From an uncultured Elusimicrobium sp. (GTDB lineage Bacteria > Elusimicrobiota > Elusimicrobia > Elusimicrobiales > Elusimicrobiaceae), in the NCBI GenBank assembly GCA_964415545.1, contig CAYQAU010000003.1:82427-146426 (forward strand): a stretch of 64,000 nucleotides of DNA, in the 5' to 3' direction. The notes beneath the pieces are model-generated. The model was not told where the DNA came from. It did no database searches and saw only the letters and a program-made list of their open reading frames with translations. The translations under genes and the position numbers were made by a program. This document shows positions 10,120-22,300 of this stretch, piece after piece. How positions within the stretch are numbered: the first letter of the stretch is position 1; the number at the start of each line of letters is the position of its first letter.

Positions 10120-11060
10120 TGTTTAGCAAAATAAGGCGTTTATTTTTGCTTATATTACTTACCTGCGCTTCGGGATACTATAATACCGCATATGCGGATG
10201 GTTCGCAGGTAAGTAATATCATACAGCTGGATTTTGGGGCGGTTGTAGCGGGAACTGTAGGCTTGGGGGCTACAGTTACCGTTACGCCGCAAGGCGTAGT
10301 TACAAGCAGCGGCGTGGTATCCCAAAGCGGTGGCCAAAATGGCAGTTTTACCGTTTCTGCAAGTGAAGGTTCCCAACAAATGTATGCCGCTGTAGCAAGC
10401 AGCGGAAGCCTTGGCGTTTCAATTTCCGGTTGTGGCAGCCTTTTAAGTTTAGTTACTATAAGTAATATAACGCTTGATTCAACGGGGCCCAAGACATCAC
10501 CGGGCGTATTTAATTATGGGGCTACGCTTTCTTTTACCAATGTCCTTAGCCTTACCTGTTTTGCGCAAGGCTGTACCAGTAATGCCTTCTATTATAACCA
10601 GGGCGCGCCTGCTAATAGCAGCAATAAGGACGGCACGGTGCAACTGTGTTTTAATGTTAACTTTTCGCCGCAGCCGCTTAACCTGACGCATACAAGCGGG
10701 CGGCAGCTAAACTTTGGCAGGGTATGTATGCCGCAAAGCGGCACGGGCTATGTAACTATCGCCACAGACGGCACTCGCAGCGTAAACAATATACCTTGCG
10801 CATTTGCTGCGGGCGCGGCCGACGCTTTTAGCGTTACAGGAACGGCAAACAGCATCTATAATGTTACTTTGCCTTCAAGCATCAATATAAATAACGGCGC
10901 TAATATCTTGACGGTGGATAGTTTTACGCCCTCCTGCTCGCGTTGCAGCTTAGACGCCACGGGCAATGGTTCTTTTACCGTGGGCGGCAGGGTAACTATT
11001 CCTGCGGGGGTAGCTACGGGCACTTATAGCGGGGCTTATACGGTATCTGTAATTTATTAA
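10119..11060 (+). CDS. two-domain SCPU protein (possible tip/adhesin subunit)
   Basis: I place the start at the ATG of the TAATG overlap (MFSKIRRLFLLILLTCASG signal peptide), not at the track start 9987. There are two SCPU-like halves, and the protein ends GTYSGAYTVSVIY. Confidence 0.6.
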   Translation: MFSKIRRLFLLILLTCASGYYNTAYADGSQVSNIIQLDFGAVVAGTVGLGATVTVTPQGVVTSSGVVSQSGGQNGSFTVSASEGSQQMYAAVASSGSLGVSISGCGSLLSLVTISNITLDSTGPKTSPGVFNYGATLSFTNVLSLTCFAQGCTSNAFYYNQGAPANSSNKDGTVQLCFNVNFSPQPLNLTHTSGRQLNFGRVCMPQSGTGYVTIATDGTRSVNNIPCAFAAGAADAFSVTGTANSIYNVTLPSSININNGANILTVDSFTPSCSRCSLDATGNGSFTVGGRVTIPAGVATGTYSGAYTVSVIY

Positions 11061-11093
11061 AAGGAGGGCCTGTTTTGTTTTGGGGAAAAAGAT

Positions 11094-11123
11094 AGGACAA
11101 ATCAAAAAATATTATCTTATAAT
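11094..11123 (+). promoter_or_regulatory. candidate sigma70-like promoter giving a leaderless or near-leaderless transcript
   Basis: AGGACA (11094-11099), an 18-nt spacer, then TATAAT (11118-11123). The ATG of the next gene is at 11130, 7 nt after the -10, and no SD is present. Confidence 0.3.
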
Positions 11124-11129
11124 GTTATT

Positions 11130-11603
11130 ATGAGAAAATATTTAAGCAGTAACAGCAAAGCCGCGGCAGTTCTATTGGTTTGTCTTTTAGCGGCAACACT
11201 CTCAGCTTGCGGCGGCGCGCCCAAAAAAGCGCCTGCCAATGACCTTATTTGCAAAAATGAAGCAAGCATAATTTTTTACTTTCAATACGGCTCCTCCGCT
11301 TTAGACTTAGAGACTAAAGAATCAGCAAAACAACTGGCGCAGAAAATGGCGTGCTATAAGGGCAAAGTCCGCCTTGAGGGCCATACTGATTCAAAAAGCA
11401 GCAGCGATTTTAATAAGAAGCTGGGCTTAAAACGCGCGGCGGCGGTTAAAGATTTTATAATAAGCCTTGGCATAGACCCATCCAGAATAGAAGTTATCAC
11501 TTACGGCAAAGAAAACCCTCTTGTTAAAGGCAGCGGGCCCGTGGCGGACGCTAAAAACAGATGTGTTGTAGTAGTTTTTGAAGGCTTAACAGCGAAACAA
11601 TAA
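11130..11603 (+). CDS. OmpA-family / Pal-like peptidoglycan-associated lipoprotein
   Basis: Lipobox LSAC. OmpA_C-like core: FQYGSSALD...VRLEGHTDSKSSSDFNKKLGLKRAAAVKDFIISLGI...ITYGKENPL. Confidence 0.8.
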   Translation: MRKYLSSNSKAAAVLLVCLLAATLSACGGAPKKAPANDLICKNEASIIFYFQYGSSALDLETKESAKQLAQKMACYKGKVRLEGHTDSKSSSDFNKKLGLKRAAAVKDFIISLGIDPSRIEVITYGKENPLVKGSGPVADAKNRCVVVVFEGLTAKQ

Positions 11604-11632
11604 GGCAAAATATAAATTAAAGGAAATTGCAG

Positions 11633-13300
11633 ATGGTATATAAAAGTATCAGCGCGGCTGTATTTATTTTTATTTTTTGTGCGTTTACCCCTTTGAACGC
11701 ACAGCTCAATAAGTTGCAAAGTGATATAAGCGAGCAGAAGAAGCGCGCCGAAATCGCTAAAGCGGAGGAAGCCGTAAAAACCGCCGAAAGCCAGGATAAA
11801 GCCATAAGCGCGGCAAAAGATAAAGCTTTAAAAGAAGTTAAAAAAGATAAAGAGCAGCCTAAAATAGTAATCCTTAATGAGATTAAGTTTTCACCCTCCG
11901 AAATCCTGCCCCGGCCCTTCCTTGACGGTATAAAAAAAGAATATATCGGCCGCCCTTTAAGCGCGCAGGATATTGATGATATCGTAAATAAAGTAAATAA
12001 TGAATACCTGCTTTTGGGCTATATAGCGGCGAAAGCTTATTTGCCCGAACAGGATATAACAGCGGGCGAGCTTACGGTCAGCCTTATGGAGGCTCGTATT
12101 CACGGCAGTAAAATCGTTGATAATAAAAGTACAAGCGCAAATTATATAAATAAACATATAAACCTTATAGACTGCGATATGATAAACGTTAATGATATCC
12201 AGCGGGATATACTGTATTTTAACGCTTCCAATGACGTTAAAGCGCGTGTGGCGCTGGAGCCGGGGCCCGTCTACGGCACTACCGATATCAATTTAATTAT
12301 TACGGAGCCCTCAAGATTATCTTTATCTGTTTTCAGCGATAATGCGGGCCAGGAGGAAACGGGGCTTGAACGTTATGGAGCCTACGCCGCCTTGCGCAGC
12401 ATTACGGGTTATAGGGACATCCTTACCTTTGGCGGTATGCTTTCAAGGGGGAGTGAAAGTTACTTCGGCTCCTATGAAATACCTGAGCCGCTTTTTAATA
12501 CAAGAGTGGGCATTGGTTTTGACTATTCCACAACGGAAATCATAAGCGGCCCGATGCGCCCGCTAAACGTTGACGGCCATTTTTATGACTACTATATATA
12601 TGTAAAGAAGCCGTTTTGGGTTACGGAAACGATGATAAGCAATGCCAATATAAGCTTTTCAGCCAAGAACGGCGCAAACTATGTTGACAGTTTTAGGACG
12701 CAGGATACCAAAACCGATATTGTAACCTTGTCGCTGGACAATATAAAAATCTTTAACGGCGGCTACTTCTTTAATATGCTCTCTGCGGGGCAAGGCGTAA
12801 AAGCTATAGAGGGCAAAAACAAATTTACAAGATTTAATTATTCGGGCGAGTTCCAAACGGCTGTTTGGGGCCCGCTTGCTTTTAATATTAAAGGTAAGGC
12901 GCAGGTAAGAGCGGGTAGTGATAATCTGCCTTCTTCCGAGCAATTCCAGGTAGGCGGAGTAAATACGGTGCGCGGATATACGGAAGGCATGCTGATTGCA
13001 GATGAAGGCTTTGACGTTATGAGCGAGCTCCAGCTTGATATTACGGCGCTTATGCCTAAATTTATAACTTACACGCGTTTCTACGGATTTTTTGACTATG
13101 GCCGCATCTATCCGTCGCAAAACACTATAGTCCCCGCAGATTATGATAAGGATATTTACAGCGCAGGCGGCGGTATAAGGCTTGGTCTTTTTGACAGGCT
13201 GGACGGCAACCTGACAGTAGCAAGAACTTTAAAAGAGCATCCTGCCTTTGGCAAAAATGAGACAAAAATACTTTTCTACGTTCAAGCCAGGATTTTTTAG
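11633..13300 (+). CDS. TpsB transporter (ShlB/FhaC/HecB family, POTRA + 16-strand barrel)
   Basis: About 555 aa with a signal peptide, a POTRA-like region and a beta-barrel ending in aromatic ...YVQARIF. It lies directly upstream of a TPS-domain exoprotein. I prefer the ATG at 11633, preceded by AGGA, over the track TTG at 11627. Confidence 0.8.
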   Translation: MVYKSISAAVFIFIFCAFTPLNAQLNKLQSDISEQKKRAEIAKAEEAVKTAESQDKAISAAKDKALKEVKKDKEQPKIVILNEIKFSPSEILPRPFLDGIKKEYIGRPLSAQDIDDIVNKVNNEYLLLGYIAAKAYLPEQDITAGELTVSLMEARIHGSKIVDNKSTSANYINKHINLIDCDMINVNDIQRDILYFNASNDVKARVALEPGPVYGTTDINLIITEPSRLSLSVFSDNAGQEETGLERYGAYAALRSITGYRDILTFGGMLSRGSESYFGSYEIPEPLFNTRVGIGFDYSTTEIISGPMRPLNVDGHFYDYYIYVKKPFWVTETMISNANISFSAKNGANYVDSFRTQDTKTDIVTLSLDNIKIFNGGYFFNMLSAGQGVKAIEGKNKFTRFNYSGEFQTAVWGPLAFNIKGKAQVRAGSDNLPSSEQFQVGGVNTVRGYTEGMLIADEGFDVMSELQLDITALMPKFITYTRFYGFFDYGRIYPSQNTIVPADYDKDIYSAGGGIRLGLFDRLDGNLTVARTLKEHPAFGKNETKILFYVQARIF

Positions 13301-13310
13301 GAGATAGAAA

Positions 13311-16300
13311 ATGTTTAAAAAAATAATATCACTTACATTAAGCTATACGCTTTTGTATTCAAGTGTTTTTGGCGCAATGATTACGCCTGACGGCAAGACA
13401 AATACCACAGTAAACGTTAACGGCAATGTGTCGGATGTTCATACCTCAACCGTCTCGGGCAATACGGGCTTTAACTCCTTTAATAATTTTGACGTCTACT
13501 CAGGCCACACGGCTAATCTTTATTTGCCCGACGGCACAAAAAACCTTATTAACCTTGTCCACGACAAAGCCAGCAATATAGACGGCGTGTTAAACGCCTA
13601 TAAAGACGGCAGGATAGGCGGCAATGTATTCTTTTTAAACCCTAACGGCATAGCCGTGGGCGCGGGCGGTATTATTAATGTGGGGGCGCTTACTTTGGCT
13701 ACTCCAACCAAAGAGTTTATGGATAATGTAATATCTGCCGACAGGCGCGTCTCCTCCCAGCTTACAAAGGCGATTTTGGCGGGCGATATGCCAATAAATC
13801 CGCTGGGTTTAATCTCCGTAAAAGGCAAAATTAACGCCGCTTACGGCGCGGGCCTTCACGGCGGCGATATAATTAACAGCGGCGATATAAGGACCAATTT
13901 TGAAATAGGCGATATTGTTAATATTGACGATAAAAACCTGCAAAGCGAAGTGCTTGTAAAAGACGGGCGCGTAATCATTACCGCTAAAAATAATTTTATA
14001 AATGAAGGTTCTATAATTGCAGACGGCGGCCCAAATAAAAATGCGGCTGATATTTCCGTCAATGCGGGCGGCGATATAGGGCTTAAGTCGGGCGTAATTT
14101 CAGCCTCGGGCGAAGGAGAAAACTCAAACGGCGGCAATATCCATTTGTGGGCCGAAGGGCAAAGCGTTTTTAACAATGGAGCGCAGCTTTTGGCTAAAGG
14201 CGGACAAAGCGGCGACGGCGGTTTTATAGAACTCAGCGCAAAAAAACTTGTAGATTTGGCGGGCGGCGTTTTTGACGCGTCATCCTCATTGGGCAAGATG
14301 GGAACGGTTTTTGTTGATCCTGAAGATATTATAATTTCGGAAGATTTTGCCTCATCGGGCGCAAATTATGTGATGGAGGCCGCAAATTCTATCACACTTA
14401 AAAACGGCAAAAAAGTTGTAACCTCAAAATCAGGCGCAAACTCGGGCAATGTATCACTTACGGCAAAAGATATTACTTTGGAGGATAATTCCGTTATAGA
14501 CGCCTCTGCCGAGGCGGGCAAAACAGCGGGTAATATAACTTTGACCGCTAAGGATATGTCTGACGGCTATATGGCCAAAACCAATGCCGCTTCAATAACA
14601 TTGGGGGAAAATGTAAGCCTTAAAGGCAATGATATAAGCCTTATCTCCAAAGCGGATAATACGCGCCTGTTTGATGATGACTCCACCGCGGCCAGCGTGG
14701 GCGAATTTACTATAGGCGAGCTTGGCGATACAACGCTTTTTGGCGGCGCGATTATCACTGATGTCAATTCATCAATCACTATAGGCAAAAACTCTAAGCT
14801 TGACGCAAAGGGTAATATAGATATAAACTCCACCGCTGCGGCTGACGGCAGTATGCGCGCCTTAGGAACTGGCGCGGCAGCCGTTTACGGGGAAAGTGAT
14901 GTAAATTCCAAAGTAGACGTTAAAGAAGGCGCAACTATAAGCGCGGGCGGTAATGTAAGTATTTCCTCTAAGGCGGATTCCTCTTTGGATGTATCTGCTA
15001 TGTCAGTTTCCACCGCCAACACGCCTGTGCCTGCCGACGGCGCGCTGGCCATAGGTAAGATGACTGTTGATAATAATGTAAACTTAGCCGCCGGTTCTTC
15101 GGTAAGCGGTAAGGATATTACAATAGACGCTACGACTGATAAAAATATGTCAGTCTCCTCCTTTTCAGGCGCTTTTGACGACGGCTATGCAGCAGCCTCC
15201 GTAACCTATAGCAAATCAAATGTAAATAATGGCGTTGATACAGCGGCAAACCTTAACTCCACAGGTACTACCAATATAAACTCCGCTATAAACAGTATAA
15301 AAAACAAGTCCTCCGCTTCTGCGGGTACGGGCACTTCAGCTATTGTCGGTGTTTTTTTAAAGGGTATGCATTTTGCGCATGATAAGATAGGTAGCTGGAT
15401 TAAGGGCAAAAATGTACAGACCAATAACCAAAGTAATGTAAAGGTAGGGCTTTCGGCCGCGCTTTCTTACAGCGACCAAAATAATACCTCAACAGCCAAA
15501 GCGGGCGGCAGTATTAAGTCAGACGGCGGCATTAATGTAAAATCTTCCATTATTGATGGGGAAGTACGCCAGGCGGCTAATGCGTCTGTTGATTCTAAGG
15601 CGGGCAAACACGAGAAGGAAAACGCGGCTGCGGGCTCTGTCGGCATAGCGTCTTTTAACAATAACTCCGCCGCCTATATCGCCGAAGGCGCGGTTGTAGA
15701 CGCCAAAGGCGCGATTAATGTTGATTCTTCAGTTTCGCTGCCGTTTGAAATTACCTGGCATAAAATAGAAGGAGTTGGCGACGTCATTGATAAAATAAAC
15801 GGTAATGGCGGCCTTCAAAACGGATTTTTTACCACCTGGGCTAAAAGCGATGTTTCTACAAATGAGGGGGAGGAGTTAGGCAAATTCGGCCTTGCAGGCG
15901 CGGTAAATATAGCGGATTTTAATTCCACAAGCAATGCTTATATAGCAAGCGGCGCAAAAATTAATGAGGCGGCCGCCTATAAAAGCGGCGCGCAGGATGT
16001 TAAGGTAACTTCAGGCGTAGATGTATCCACATTAAATATGGCGGGTATTTGGGGCATTACGGGTGCAGGCACAAAATCAAAGGTTGGCCTTGGCGGCTCT
16101 TACCAGCAGATAGCCTATAACAGCAATTCCTCCGCGCAGATACTTGGGGACGCTAAAGTTAACGCTAATAATTTGGAAGTTTCATCAGATATAGACCAGC
16201 GCAATATTTCTATAGCGGAAGCGGGCGGCAAGTCTGAAACCTTCGGCTTTGAGGGCGCGTTTGACTGGCTTAAATCTGATACAAACTCAACCGCTTCCGT

Positions 16301-19300
16301 CTCCAAAGACGCGCAAGTGGCTATAGAAGGCGAAGGGACGCAAAGCGATAAAGTTATCATCTCCGCCAAAGATAATATTGATATGTTTAATATAGCAGGC
16401 GGCGTAACAAAGACGCAAAACGTAGGTATAGGGGCCTCGGTTTCCATCAGTGATATTACAAGGAACACCAATGCTTTTATAGGCGATGCCTTTGACGCGG
16501 CAAACCCTGTTGTAAGAACGACGGACGGCTTTTTTAAGTCTGATAAAACAATAGATATTTCCGCGCAGAATACAGGCGATATTTATGCCTACTCTTTAGC
16601 GGGCGTAATTCAAAATGATAAAAAAGAGGGCGAGGCTGATTCAGATATCGGCTATGACCCTGAAGAAGGCGCAAGCCAGGCTAAAGGCGGGGGCGGGAAG
16701 TTCGGCGTAGGGATTTCAGGCGACGTAAGCTATAACAATATAGAAGGCGCAAGCAAAGCATATATCAACGGCGCGGATGTATATGCCGCCAAGGATTTAA
16801 GTATTTCCGCTAAAGACGATAGCTGGATAAACAGCGTAGCAGGCGCGGTAAGCCTGGTTTTGGGGAAGGGCACATCTGTCGGTTTTGCAGGGTCGGCTTC
16901 GACAAATTTTGTAAGGAATAATGCCGCGGCTTTTATTAATGACTCTTCTGTTTCAATGCTTAATACCACGGCCGTAGCTAAAGATATTGCAAACAATTTT
17001 ATCTCTACAGGCGGCGGTAAGCTTGAGCTTTCCTCATTAAGCGCGGCGGAAATTATAGCCGTAGCGGCCAGCGGGTCCCTAGCTAATCCGTCTTCTAAAG
17101 GCGGCGCATTGGCGGGCTCTGTTACCGTTAATGATGTGGAGAATACTTCTTCTTCATATATAAAAGGTTCAACTGTAGACTCTTCTGCTTCAAATTTGGC
17201 TGAGGCTTTGGGGCTTAGCGCAGTTGACAATTCCAAAATAGTCGCAGTAGCAGGCGCATTGGGCGCGGCGGGGACTGTGGGCATAGGTTCTTCCACGGGC
17301 GTTAACGAAATCTCAAATATTACAGAGGCTTATTTGGACGGCTCCTCCGTAACCACGGTAAATGATATAAAGCTTGACGCTCAAAATAACTCCACAATTA
17401 CTAATGTTGAAGGCACTGTGGGCGCGGCAAAAGACGGTATGGCTATTGCGGCAAGCGTTGCTGTTAATGAGATTGGCAACACAACTTCTTCCTATATCAA
17501 AGACGGCAGAACACAGAGCACGGGCGGCTCACTTTCCGTGGCGGCTAAAGACAGTTCAAATATGACGGCTGTCGCGGGCGAAATCAGCGGCGCGGGCAAA
17601 GCGGCTGTCGGCTCCTCAACAGCGGTAAGCACAATTGGCAATAAGGTATATGCTTATGCTGACGGCGCGGAAATTTTGGCGGAGCAAAACGCGGATTTTA
17701 AATCTGATTCAGCCTATATTCTTAAAACGGCGGCCGCAGGCGGCGCGGGTTCGCAATATGCTTCAATAACGGGCAGCGTGGCTGTTAATAATATAGATAC
17801 CTTAAGCAAAGCTTACGCAAAAGCCGCAGATATAAAGGCGCAGGGCTCGGCCGGCTTTAGCGCAAAATCAAAGAATGAAATTAATTTTTACGGCGGTACT
17901 ATTGACGGCGCGGCAGGTTTGGGGCTGGGCGGGACTGTGGTTGTAAATAATATATCGGACAAAGCCTACGCGCAAGTAAGCGACGGCAGCACCCTTAATA
18001 TTTACGGCAAGCATGCTTTAACAGGCGAAGAAAAAGGGCTTTTTATATTATCGGAAGTTGATGACGATATTAATACCTGGATGTTTAATCTGGCAGGCGG
18101 CGGCGTAGGCGTGGCCGCAAGCGTTGACGTAACAAATATTGACAATATTTCCGTTGCGGAAGTTTCAGGATCCTCCGTCAACCAAACCCCTGCGGCCTTG
18201 GGTACGGATTTATCGGGCCAAAATATAAAAGTTAATGCGGATAATACGGCTGATGTGGAAGTATACGGCGGCTCTATAGCAGGCGGCGGAACAGCGGGTA
18301 TAGGCGCGGTGGCCGATACCGTTATGTTTGATAATATCACTAAGGCGGGTATATCAGGTTCTGAGGTGTCAGCCGCAGGCGATATTGGCGTTAATACACA
18401 AAGTATTGAAAGATATAACAGTATTTTAATGAGCGGCGGCGGCGCGGCGACCGCAGGCATAGCGGGCAATGCGGTAACGGCCCTGTTTAATAATAACAAT
18501 AATGCCTATATCAAAAACAGCACTGTTAATAATAGCGGCAATACCACCGTTATGGCCAAAGATACCGTTGAGCTTGGCCGTAAGAACGGGCAGGATTTTG
18601 CAGTAGCGGTAGGCGCGCTTGCGGGCGGGGCTACGGCGGGTATAGGGGGCTCGGTACTTGTAAGCAGTATAAAGAATAAAACAAAAGCCGCAATTACGGA
18701 TTCCACTATAAACACGGGCAAAAGTTTGAAGGTAAGCGCGCAGGCCGCGCAGGATATAGTTTCCTATATACCTACGGCCTCTTTAAGCGGGCAGGCCGGC
18801 ATAGCGGCTTCCGTCGGCGTAAATACAATAGATTCTGAAACGGAAGCTTATATTGATGAAACCGCTTCAGGCTCCACCGTAATTAACGGTGATGCGGCTA
18901 AAGCTTCAAACGCGCAGGATGTAGAGGTATCTGCGCAGTCTTCCTCACGCATACAAAATACTATTGCCACAGTCGGCGCGGGCGTTACGGGTGTGGGCGT
19001 AGGGGCGGGTATCGGCGTATCTACCATTAACGGCAAAGTTTCATCGGGGATAGGCGCAGGCGCGCAGGTAAACGCTAAGCGCAATATAAAAGTGGAAAGC
19101 AAAAATACCAGAAAGGTAAATGATACCGCAATTTCAGGCGCGGCGGGTTTTTATGGCGCGGCAAACGGTTCTGTGCTGGTAACAAATATAGGCTCCAATT
19201 TAGACGGGGATTCAAAATCCGTTACCGACGGTATGCAAGGCACTTTAAATGAACACTTAAAGAGTAATGGCAAAATTACTAAAGAGACTTTCGGGCGCGG

Positions 19301-22300
19301 CGGGCTTTTGGACGATACCGCACAAAGCATGCAAACTTTTATAGCTGATGTTAATGACGTTTTTACCGATAAAGTTTTAGATGATAAAGGCACAAACGCT
19401 TTTATCGGCGCTAATGCAAGGGTGAGCGCAGGCAATAAGCTGGAAGTTTTGGCAAATGATATTGTTAAGACTGACCTCCTTGCGGGCGGCGCGGGTTTAG
19501 GCGGTTATTTAAGCGTAGGGGCCTCTGTGGCGATAGTTAATAATACGACTTCCACCAAAGCCTTTATCGGCGATAATGCCGAGCTTTCTTCCTTAAGCGA
19601 GCTTACTTTAAAAGCTAATTCCGAGGTACAAAACTCCGATATTAAAGCTTTTATAGGCCAAGGCAGTTTATATGCGGCTTTGGGCGCGGTTGTGGCTAAA
19701 GTAAACTCCAATAATAATACTTTGGCCTATCTGTCCGATTATGTAAAGATTACTGGTTCAGGCGCAATAAATATCAGCGCGCAGTCTAAAGCCAATATAC
19801 ACGCGCAGACAGTCGGCGTAGCCGCAGCGGGGCTGGTGGCCGCAGGCGCGTCAATAGCGGATGTGAATAAAGAGGGCAATACCTCAGCTTATACAGGGGA
19901 AGAGGCTACGGTAGAAAACTCCGCCTCGCTTAACCTTAAAGCTTCTTCCGACAGCGATATTACTGCGGAGGCAGAGGCGGGCAGCGGCGGTATAGTATCA
20001 GGCATCGGCGCGGAAGCGGACGCTTCTGTTAAGGACAAAGTTTCAGCTAAAATCGGCAAAAAGAATATAATTAAGACTTCCGGCAATGTAAGCGTGTTGA
20101 CGGAGGGGCAGGCCGCCTCAACCGCAAAAACTTACGGGGTTGACGTCGGCGGCTTGGCTGTAGGCGTTTCTTTGGCGGATAGTGAAATTAAGCTTGATAA
20201 TAAAGCTGAAATCGCGCGGGAAAGTGTAATTGACGCGGGTTCCGTTACAGTTGCGGCGGAGCAGAAAAAGGCTAAAACCTTAGTTGACGCTTTTGCTGCA
20301 AGCGGCGCTTTAATCGGCGGCGCGGGCGCGACGGCTACAAGCAAAGTCAGCGGCGATGTGCTTGCAAATATACATTCCAAAAATAATATTACGGCGCAAA
20401 ACGGTATTACGTTTAAATCTAAATCCAATACCGACCAAACCACAAAATCAACTTTTTACGGCGGGGCGGTAATATCTGCTGGCGTAAATAAGTCTGATGT
20501 GCTGTCAGATGTTGACGTCAAGACGCTGCTTAATGACGGCATTGACGCAAAAGGCTCTAAAATTGAAATATCTGCCGAAGGCTCCGATACTCTTTATGCT
20601 AAAGCGGTATCAGGCAGCGGCGGCGCGCTTTCCGCATCGGCGGCAATGGCCGATACCGCCAATACTTCCTCCTCAAAGGTGGAAATAGGCGCAAAGGAGG
20701 CGCAGGACGCTTCTGAAACTTTAAACAATAATATCACGGCTAAGGAAGTATACTTTACAGCCTCTAATACCACTAACCAGGATAGCGAGGTGGATTCCCG
20801 TAACGGCGGCATCATCCACGCGGGCGGCGCGGCGGCGAATAATACTTCTGAGCAAAGCGTTGCCATAGACCTTAAGGACAGGGCTTTGGGCTCAACAAAT
20901 ATCACTGCGTCCCACTTTAAGGCGGAGGCTTTAAACAACTACAATAAAAATTTGGTTGATGGGGCTAATGTCTATTCAGGCAGCGGCGGCGCGCTGGACG
21001 TACCTATAACGCAAAGCATTACCACAATAAATAATTATACTGACATAACCTTCGGCAACGGCAATAATGTTGCAACGGTTTCAGACGATGCTAATACAAG
21101 CAGCTTCCTTGTAAACGCTTTAAATAATATTAAAGCTGATGATAAGGTGCTCTTAAAGAGCGGCGGTTTAGTGGTTGTGCCTATAGTAACATCCCAAATA
21201 GCCAATAACAATAATAAGGCGCGCATTACAGTCAACAATGCAAACCTTACATCGGCCGATGATATGGTATTAAATACTAAGGCGGATGTTGATATAGCCG
21301 CCGGGGCAGATTTAAATATTTACGGCGGTATTTCTGTGGCGGCGGGCAAGAGCTTGGCTAAAACAGTAATCGGCAATGAGATAAACCTTAACTCTGGCGC
21401 AAAGCTTAAATCAGACGGGGACGTTTATTTTACCTTCTCCCAGCCTAAGACGCAGAGTAACAGCCCGTTTGATAATACGGGGCGCGCTTATATACGCGCT
21501 TCAGGCATTACCAATATATGGAATACCACGGCCTTGGCTTTTAATGCGGACTCCCAGGCTAAAGGCGATATTTTTGTAAACAATAATCTTAATATTAACG
21601 GCGGCTCGGTTGTAGAAAGTTCGCGCGACATAAGCGTAAACGGCGTTAAGGCCTTAATGTCGGCAACAGGTTTGCTGGATATGACAAGCCCGCTGGGTTC
21701 TTTGGCGGCCAGCGATAAAGCCACCAGCGTAGAAACGCAGGATACAACCAATGTCAAAGTTGACGGCGGCCTCTTTGCGGGCGTAAACAATAAGATTAAG
21801 CTTACCATCGGCGCAGACAGGACTGTTACCATTGACGGCGGTATTATGCCGGGCTATAAGATAAGCAAAGAACTTTTGTCAAATAATATTATTGATGAAA
21901 TTGAAAGGCTTAGGGTTTTAAAAGCGCAATACTCTGTTTCTGAAGTTTCAGCCGCGGCATACCAGGCGGAAATTAACAGGCTGGAAAGTGAGCTTGTCGC
22001 CCTGGGCCAGGTTGACTCCGACGGGCTTATTATGGGCGAAGTCCCCGTAGACATTATGGAATTTGATAATATAAGGGCCAATATGGGCGATATCAAAATT
22101 AATGCTGATAATATAACGGGCGTGGGCACGCTTTGTGCACCGGGTTCGGCTGAGGTCAGTATCCGTAATTACAGCGATTTGTTTTTGAGATTTAAAGATA
22201 TATCTATTGATAAAACTTCAACGGGCAGCATATACTATAACGGCGCGCTGGTTAAAACCGCGCAGGATATAGCAAATGCAAATATTACGCACAAAGAGCC

